The position numbers were made by a program, and so were the translations under genes. A stretch of DNA of 64,000 nucleotides from Bacteroidota bacterium (GTDB lineage: Bacteria > Bacteroidota > Bacteroidia > B-17B0 > Aurantibacillaceae). Where the stretch lies: positions 166,001-230,000 of the forward strand of contig JAQZBQ010000003.1 in NCBI GenBank assembly GCA_029237825.1, given 5' to 3'. The notes beneath the pieces are model-generated. The model had not been told where the DNA came from. It saw only the letters and a list, made by a program, of their open reading frames with translations, and ran no database searches. The stretch's first letter is position 1. Every line of letters begins with the position of its first letter. This document shows, piece by piece, positions 57,985-64,000 of this stretch.

Positions 57985-58422
57985 ATGTTAGCTAGGCAAA
58001 TAAATATATTGTATGTCGACGACGAAAAACATAACCTCGAGGCATTTAAAAGTACCTTCCGTAGAGATTACACTATTTTCATAGCTAACTCTGCTGAAGA
58101 AGCTAAAAATATTCTAAACAAAGAAGATATTCACATATTAATTACAGATCAAAGGATGCCTGTAAAATCAGGAACAGAGTTGTTATCGGAAGCCATTAAA
58201 AAATATCCTGACCAAATTCGTATAATTTTAACAGGATATTCCGATGTTAAAGCACTAATAGACGCGATTAACAGGGGTCATGTTTATTATTATATGGAAA
58301 AACCATGGGATGAAGTCAAGCTTAGGGAAGTTATAGATCATGGCTTTAAGGCCTTTGATTTACGAAGAAAAGAAAAAGAGTTGTTATCGAAAATAGAGTT
58401 GCTGCAAAAAAAACTACTCTAG
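57985..58422 (+). CDS. stand-alone receiver-domain response regulator
   Basis: ILYVDDEKHNLEAF, acceptor D in LITDQRMP, plus TGY and EKPW motifs. No output domain. Confidence 0.8.
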   Translation: MLARQINILYVDDEKHNLEAFKSTFRRDYTIFIANSAEEAKNILNKEDIHILITDQRMPVKSGTELLSEAIKKYPDQIRIILTGYSDVKALIDAINRGHVYYYMEKPWDEVKLREVIDHGFKAFDLRRKEKELLSKIELLQKKLL

Positions 58423-58474
58423 TATTCATTCTTGTGTCATTTTCAAGAATAATACCGCATCTTTGCCACGATAA

Positions 58475-59371
58475 ATGACATCTAATTTTAAAGCGCATAT
58501 TTCGTTGTTTACCGCCCAGGTAATTTACGCGCTGAATTATTCCATCGCTAAAGACCTTATGCCAAACCATATCAAACCTTTTGGACTTGTAATGCTGAGG
58601 ATAACAGGTGCGTGCATTCTGTTTTGGCTTGTCTCATTGTTTACTAAGCCTGAAAAATTAGAAAAAGGAGATTTATTAAAACTCATGTTACTGGCTGTAT
58701 TTGGCGTAGCAGTGAATCAGGTATTTTTTATCTGGGGACTTAACCTTACCAAACCTATCAATTCTGCTATTATCATGGTAAGCAATCCTATTGCAGTTGT
58801 AATATTCACAATAATAGTTTTTAAGGAACGGCTAACCATCGTTAAGTTAACCGGTCTTGGGCTTGGCGTGATAGGCGCTCTAACCTTACTTCTGTTTAAA
58901 GCACACGGGTCATTTGCTATTGGAAGTGAAACCGTTGCCGGTGACTTAATGACTTTGCTAAACTCACTTTCATGGGCTGTTTTTGTTGTGATGGCAAAAC
59001 CTTATATGCAAAAATATCAAACCGTTACCGTAATGAAATGGATTTTTCTGTTTGGTTTCCTATATGTCTGCCCGATGGGAATGCCCGATTTATTTGATGT
59101 AAAATGGAGTGATCTCACTGCACAAATAGTGTTTGCAATGGCTTTCGTAGTTGTAGCCACAACTTTTCTAGCATATTTCTTAAACACGTATGCCTTGAAA
59201 ACATTAAGCTCGTCTATTGTAAGCATGTATATTTACCTCCAGCCTTTTCTCGCAACTTTGATTGCAATTTTATTAGGAAAAGATGAGTTAACCTTAATCA
59301 AAATCATTTCAGGAACATTAATTATTGCGGGAGTATATTTGGCCAGTCTAAAAAATAAGGCACTTGTCTAA
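58475..59371 (+). CDS. DMT superfamily (EamA-like) transporter
   Basis: Ten TM segments in two EamA-type halves. Confidence 0.8.
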   Translation: MTSNFKAHISLFTAQVIYALNYSIAKDLMPNHIKPFGLVMLRITGACILFWLVSLFTKPEKLEKGDLLKLMLLAVFGVAVNQVFFIWGLNLTKPINSAIIMVSNPIAVVIFTIIVFKERLTIVKLTGLGLGVIGALTLLLFKAHGSFAIGSETVAGDLMTLLNSLSWAVFVVMAKPYMQKYQTVTVMKWIFLFGFLYVCPMGMPDLFDVKWSDLTAQIVFAMAFVVVATTFLAYFLNTYALKTLSSSIVSMYIYLQPFLATLIAILLGKDELTLIKIISGTLIIAGVYLASLKNKALV

Positions 59372-59451
59372 AAAAAAGACACCGCCGGGTTAAAAATTAT
59401 AAATTAGATATCGGTAATAAATCTTAATTTTAAAAAAATTCCAATCCATTT

Positions 59452-60102
59452 ATGATTCATATTTTATCTGAACAGAATTCAATTTTTAACCAATATGTGG
59501 CTGAGCTGCGTGATATCAATATCCAGAAAGACAGCATGCGTTTCCGCAAAAATCTGGAACGCATTGGGGAGATCCTGAGTTATGAAATTTCAAAGACGAT
59601 GGATTACGTTAAAAGGGAAACAACAACACCACTTGGAATTGCAGAAACGAGTCATTTAGTTGAACAACCGGTAATCGCTACAATTTTAAGAGCTGGATTA
59701 CCAATGCATTTAGGTGTTTTAAATTATTTTGATAATGCCGAAAATGCTTTTATTTCTGCATACAGAAGACATCATAAAGATAATTCATTTGACATTCATG
59801 TAGAGTATGTATCAAGTCCTAACCTTGATGGAAAAACGCTCATACTTTGTGATCCTATGATTGCCACCGGAGCTTCCATTGTACTGGCATATAAAGCTAT
59901 ACTTGCGAAAGGCACTCCAAAACACGTTCATATTCTTTCGGCTATTAGCAGTAAAGAAGGAATTGATCATGTAAGAGCTACCATGCCCACAAAAGATTTT
60001 ACGATTTGGTGCGGCGCCATAGACGAAGAATTAACTGCACATTCCTACATCGTTCCTGGTTTAGGCGACGCCGGTGACTTAGCTTTTGGAGAGAAGATTT
60101 AA
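59452..60102 (+). CDS. upp: uracil phosphoribosyltransferase
   Basis: PRPP motif LILCDPMIATGAS and C-terminal YIVPGLGDAGDLAFG. Confidence 0.95.
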   Translation: MIHILSEQNSIFNQYVAELRDINIQKDSMRFRKNLERIGEILSYEISKTMDYVKRETTTPLGIAETSHLVEQPVIATILRAGLPMHLGVLNYFDNAENAFISAYRRHHKDNSFDIHVEYVSSPNLDGKTLILCDPMIATGASIVLAYKAILAKGTPKHVHILSAISSKEGIDHVRATMPTKDFTIWCGAIDEELTAHSYIVPGLGDAGDLAFGEKI

Positions 60103-60121
60103 TTTACTGTGAATCTAAATA

Positions 60122-60601
60122 ATGGATAGTACTGAGATTTTAAAGTTCATATCGGCTGCACTGGCCAATACCGTTTCGCTCTCAAAAATCGGAATTCCAA
60201 CGGTAATTGCTCTTTACAAATCTAACTATGTGATGGCTTTACTGAGCAGTTGCTTCGGTGCAATACTAGGTACTGTCGTATTTACTTACGTTTTTGCCGG
60301 GTTATTAAAATGGTGGGAACGTGTTAAAGAAGGCATGTTCACTTCCAAGCATCCAAAAAAAATATTTACCAAATTCAATAGGCGCGTCATCCGTGTTAAA
60401 AACCGTTTTGGTTTGATTGGAATTGCCATGTTGACACCAATTTTACTTTCCATACCCATTGGAGCATTTTTGGCAGAACGTTTCTACAAACATAAAGGTA
60501 AAGTAATTTTGTATTTAAGCTTAGCGTCGATTTTCTGGTGCTTCACCCTTTACTTTTCCTATCTCTACTTTTACGATAGTTTTAAATCCTGGTTAAATTA
60601 A
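60122..60601 (+). CDS. hypothetical small membrane protein
   Basis: Four hydrophobic segments. No family recognised. Its stop codon abuts the stop of the convergent gene. Confidence 0.5.
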   Translation: MDSTEILKFISAALANTVSLSKIGIPTVIALYKSNYVMALLSSCFGAILGTVVFTYVFAGLLKWWERVKEGMFTSKHPKKIFTKFNRRVIRVKNRFGLIGIAMLTPILLSIPIGAFLAERFYKHKGKVILYLSLASIFWCFTLYFSYLYFYDSFKSWLN

Positions 60602-61570
60602 TTACAATTTCAGGAATTTCAATTGCTGGAAACTTACTCCATCTTTAATAATCACACTATATACTCCGGGTTGGAAACAGGACACGTCAATAACAGTTTG
60701 ATCAGAGGATGTTTCGCTCAAAAGGACTTTTCCTAAAATCGAACATACTTCATAATTAAAAACTGACCCCGCTTTCCTCCGCAAAATTAACTTGTCTTCA
60801 GCCGGATTCGGGTATATCGATACACTTTCATTTCCCAACTCGTCCACTCCTACAGGCATTTGGTTAATCACACCCACCGCGTCAAGATCGAAACCACCAT
60901 TTCCAAATCCTGTTGGCCAGGGATCATTAATCTTATTTTTGTGTCGATCGCGACTACAGTACTGATCCTGGAGTGACCCAACAACATCCACAATTTTTAC
61001 GTGAGTAATTGCCTGTTTATTCAGTAATAAATTATCAGGGATGTCGTCTAAATCAAACGGTGTCCCAAAACCTCCCCTGTATTTACCTGCCAGATTATTA
61101 ATTTTTGTAGCGTCCGTAAGTCCAAAACTCCAGGTTTGTGTTACCGTATCACTATTGCTGGTGGCCGGGAACCTAAAAAAAGTTCCTCCGTCGCTGCTCA
61201 CCTCTACAAATGCCAGTTCGAGAAATGCATCATCAAAACCATTTTCAAACACTGCAAAATCCGGTCCAGCACCATTGATAACCGGCGTAGCAAAAGTTAA
61301 AATGGCTGAACCTCCATCGCCAAGGCAAACAACGCCTCCATAATCGGCAATGCCTATCGCAAGGGATGCGTCGCCCACGTCGGTATAACCAAGTGACGGA
61401 TTAGAAACATCCTGAAAACCCCGGTTTACGATACAACCTGTAGCCCAGGACTTAAAAGCTGAACTATCCAACGACATTGCCGTTGATCCAGGCTGACCTG
61501 TAGGTGGTGCAAATTGCGCATTCACAGTCAACTGAACTACCAAAAAGATTCTGCAAAAAACAGATTTCAT
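60602..61570 (-). CDS. T9SS C-terminal-domain secreted protein of unknown function, downstream of a cobalamin riboswitch
   Basis: Signal peptide MKSVFCRIFLVVQLTVNAQ. A ~230-aa domain carries GPDFAVFENGFDDAFLELAFVEVSSDGG. The C-terminus SIYPNPAEDKLIL...GVYSVIIKDG...LKFLKL fits the T9SS sorting domain. The ATG at 61570 lies 56 nt after the riboswitch aptamer. Confidence 0.8.
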   Translation of the reverse strand: MKSVFCRIFLVVQLTVNAQFAPPTGQPGSTAMSLDSSAFKSWATGCIVNRGFQDVSNPSLGYTDVGDASLAIGIADYGGVVCLGDGGSAILTFATPVINGAGPDFAVFENGFDDAFLELAFVEVSSDGGTFFRFPATSNSDTVTQTWSFGLTDATKINNLAGKYRGGFGTPFDLDDIPDNLLLNKQAITHVKIVDVVGSLQDQYCSRDRHKNKINDPWPTGFGNGGFDLDAVGVINQMPVGVDELGNESVSIYPNPAEDKLILRRKAGSVFNYEVCSILGKVLLSETSSDQTVIDVSCFQPGVYSVIIKDGVSFQQLKFLKL

Positions 61571-61624
61571 AAAAAAGACACAATGCCTTTATGAGTTTAT
61601 GTCCCGAACCCAAACATTGATTTA

Positions 61625-61765
61625 TTGGCAGGTCTTCTGACTTGTTCTACTATGCGCCTTCCCGATCAAATCAGTGGCGTTTTGGCATAGTACTAATTGA
61701 ACGTTACAGCTGCGGGTACAGTACCGGACTTACACCGGTTTCCCTTTCCAACAGGGGCAAAGATA
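61625..61765 (-). promoter_or_regulatory. cobalamin (adenosylcobalamin-type) riboswitch
   Basis: The minus strand contains three conserved elements. The first is GGAAAGGGAAACCGGTGTAAGTCCGGTACTGTACCCGCAGCTGTAA (61749->61704). The second is the B12-box-like GCCACTGATTTGATCGGGAAGGC (61678->61656). The third is GTCAGAAGACCTGCC (61641->61627). Their order and spacing match the conserved core of the cobalamin riboswitch class, as in the E. coli btuB leader. Recognised by eye; no covariance-model search was run. Confidence 0.85.
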
Positions 61766-61870
61766 TAAAAAAATTGAATTTCTGTAATATTTATAACTTC
61801 TGCCACAAAGTCTTAAATAACAATGGCATAATAATCGTGTATATTGCGTAACTAATATTTACGTGATCGT

Positions 61871-64000
61871 ATGATTTTCTTAAAAGATTCTGAAAAAATG
61901 CCCTTTGACCCTATGATTGACGAGGATAGTGATTTTATTCCTTTGTTAACTGCGGAAGATGAAGATAACATGCATGCCGAGAAAATTCCGGATGTACTGT
62001 CAATTTTACCGCTACGGAATACGGTGTTATTTCCAGGAGTAGTTATCCCTATTACTGTTGGCAGAGACAAGTCTATTAGTTTAATAAAAGAGGCTTATAA
62101 AGGGGATAGAACCATCGGTGTGGTTGCCCAAAAAAATGATTCCATTGAAGATCCTCAACAGGACGATTTAAACGCAGTTGGTACCGTGGCCCAGATCATT
62201 AAAATGCTGCGCATGCCGGATGGCAATACAACGGTTATTATTCAAGGAAAAAAACGTTTCAGGATAAAGGAATTTACCCAGTCTGAGCCATATTACCGTG
62301 CTAAAACTGAACGCTTTGAAGAGACACGTCCTGAGAAAAACGACGAAGAGTTTCAGGCAATTGTGTCAACGTTAAAGGATACAGCGTTATTGATCATTCA
62401 AAAATCCCAGCACATTCCTACTGAAGCGGGGTTTGCGCTTAACAATATCGAGAGCCAGAACTTCATGGTAAACTTCATATCCTCCAATATGAACGCCAGT
62501 TCGGCTGAAAAACAAAGAATGCTAGAAGTTCCCAGCTTAAAAGACCGGGCAACGATGGTATTGGCCCATCTTACCAAAGACCTGCACATGCTGGAACTGA
62601 AAAACCAGATACAGGATAAGGTTAAAGTGGATTTGGATAAACAACAACGCGATTACTTTTTGCACCAGCAAATAAAAACCATTCAGGAAGAGCTGGGGGA
62701 AAAAGGTAACGAACAGGAATTTGAAGAATTACGGGCCCGCGCGAAAACTAAAAAATGGAGTAAAGAAATTGGTGACATATTTGAAAAGCAAATGCACAAA
62801 TTGTCACGCATGAATCCAAATTCGCCTGAATTCGGCGTTCAAACCAATTACCTGGAACTTCTATTGGATTTGCCCTGGGGCGAATACACCGTTGATAATT
62901 TTGATCTGAAACACGCGGAAATGACTTTAAACCACGATCATTTTGGTTTAGAAAAAGTGAAGGAACGTATTTTGGAACACCTGGCAGTTTTAAAATTGAA
63001 GGGAGATTTAAAAGCTCCGATACTTTGCCTTTACGGTCCTCCGGGTGTGGGAAAAACCTCTCTTGGAAAAAGTATTGCCAAAGCTTTAAACAGAAAATAT
63101 GTTAGAATGGCTTTGGGCGGATTGAAAGATGAAAGCGAAATCCGCGGGCATCGGAAAACTTATATTGGCGCAATGCCAGGGCGAGTTTTACAGAATTTGA
63201 AAAAGGTGCAGTCGTCCAATCCGGTGTTTATTCTGGATGAAATTGATAAGGTAGGAAATGATTTTCATGGCGACCCTTCGTCTGCCCTATTGGAAGTATT
63301 GGACCCTGAACAAAATTCAACATTCTATGATAATTTCCTGGAAAATGATTATGACCTGAGTAAAATATTATTCATAGCTACCTGCAACAACTTATCCTCC
63401 ATACAGCCTGCTTTACGGGACAGGATGGAGATAATTGATGTAAGTGGATACACTGTTGAGGAAAAAATAGAAATTGCCAAACAACATTTGTTATCCAAGC
63501 AAATTGAAGACAATGGATTAAAGAAATCACAGCTGAAGCTTTCGGATAAGCAACTGGAATTTATCATTGAAAATTATACAGCAGAAAGTGGAGTGCGTCA
63601 TTTAGAAAAACGCATTTCAAAGATTGCCCGTTATGTTGCGGTGCATGTGGTAAAAAAAGAGCCACTTCCTAAAATTAACGAGGAGACGATCGCTAAGATT
63701 CTTGGTCCGTCACATGAAAAAGCGAAATACCAGGGAAATGATGTACCCGGTGTTGTTACAGGACTTGCGTGGACCCAGGTTGGAGGTGATATTCTATACA
63801 TTGAAACGAGCTTATCTAAAGGTAAAGGTGGTAAACTAACCCTGACAGGTAATCTGGGTGAGGTAATGAAAGAAAGTGCCACGCTTGCATTGGAATTCAT
63901 TAAAGCCCATAATGAAGAATTCAATATCGATGCTGAGGTTTTTGAAAATTATAACATCCACATTCATGTGCCGGAAGGTGCTACCCCAAAAGACGGGCCA
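61871..64000 (+). CDS. lon: ATP-dependent Lon protease (N-terminal ~710 codons; continues past window end)
   Basis: Not in the ORF track because it has no stop in the window. Hand translation gives ...IPDVLSILPLRNTVLFPGVVIPITVGRDKSISLIKEAY... (LON N-domain), and Walker A GPPGVGKTSLGKSIA near 63040. The frame is open from 61856 to 64000. The start is ATG 61871 or the in-frame ATG 61898. Confidence 0.95.
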   Translation, partial: MIFLKDSEKMPFDPMIDEDSDFIPLLTAEDEDNMHAEKIPDVLSILPLRNTVLFPGVVIPITVGRDKSISLIKEAYKGDRTIGVVAQKNDSIEDPQQDDLNAVGTVAQIIKMLRMPDGNTTVIIQGKKRFRIKEFTQSEPYYRAKTERFEETRPEKNDEEFQAIVSTLKDTALLIIQKSQHIPTEAGFALNNIESQNFMVNFISSNMNASSAEKQRMLEVPSLKDRATMVLAHLTKDLHMLELKNQIQDKVKVDLDKQQRDYFLHQQIKTIQEELGEKGNEQEFEELRARAKTKKWSKEIGDIFEKQMHKLSRMNPNSPEFGVQTNYLELLLDLPWGEYTVDNFDLKHAEMTLNHDHFGLEKVKERILEHLAVLKLKGDLKAPILCLYGPPGVGKTSLGKSIAKALNRKYVRMALGGLKDESEIRGHRKTYIGAMPGRVLQNLKKVQSSNPVFILDEIDKVGNDFHGDPSSALLEVLDPEQNSTFYDNFLENDYDLSKILFIATCNNLSSIQPALRDRMEIIDVSGYTVEEKIEIAKQHLLSKQIEDNGLKKSQLKLSDKQLEFIIENYTAESGVRHLEKRISKIARYVAVHVVKKEPLPKINEETIAKILGPSHEKAKYQGNDVPGVVTGLAWTQVGGDILYIETSLSKGKGGKLTLTGNLGEVMKESATLALEFIKAHNEEFNIDAEVFENYNIHIHVPEGATPKDGP

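Noticed and set aside
61642-61851. 69-aa plus-strand ORF in the track
   Set aside because: It lies antisense to the conserved core of the cobalamin riboswitch, has no plausible start context or homology, and sits in a divergent promoter region. It is best explained as a chance ORF.
61852-63924. Four minus-strand ORFs (61852..62070, 62398..62589, 63349..63567, 63631..63924)
   Set aside because: All are shadows on the opposite strand of the unmistakable lon reading frame (61871 onward), which the track omits only because it has no stop in the window.
1-64000. Search for CRISPR arrays, rRNA genes, IS elements and long direct or inverted DNA repeats
   Set aside because: Visual inspection showed no regularly spaced short repeats, rRNA-like conserved blocks or transposase-like ORFs. 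The repeats that exist are protein-level repeats inside the cargo genes. A computational repeat search was not possible here.

Overview
AT-rich chromosomal segment with clear Bacteroidota character. It has the bamD-rpoZ-coaBC-DUF4835-like gene order, five secreted proteins with type IX secretion (T9SS) C-terminal sorting domains, a PorX-like REC-PglZ regulator and several TTG/GVG-type non-ATG starts. Most of the window is densely packed housekeeping. This includes nucleotide metabolism (guaA, purA, pyrB, pyrR, upp), hemF, rnz, efp, coaBC, queE, rsmE, acpH, mtgA, phoH and lon. It also includes a WbpA/B/D-like nucleotide-sugar trio, a Pif1-like helicase, an AddB-like nuclease and phaC with a phasin-like gene. 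There is one tRNA-Glu(UUC). I saw no rRNA, CRISPR array, transposase, integrase or obvious foreign island. Two things are not visible in the ORF track. (1) lon (61871 to the window end) is missing because it has no stop codon in the window. (2) The 300-nt gap upstream of lon carries a minus-strand cobalamin riboswitch (about 61625..61765), hidden under a spurious 69-aa plus-strand ORF. The riboswitch sits directly upstream of a monocistronic T9SS cargo gene of unknown function (60602..61570). This pairing is the best candidate here for an undescribed system: B12-regulated, T9SS-delivered corrinoid capture. Secondary curiosities are a 1024-aa TerB-like/ABC-G-type fusion transporter, an intrinsic terminator whose loop holds the start codon of the next gene, a phasin-like gene/hairpin/phaC unit, tandem SpoIIAA-like paralogues, and three response regulators with no adjacent kinase. 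All calls come from reading the sequence and translations by eye; no searches or folding programs were run.
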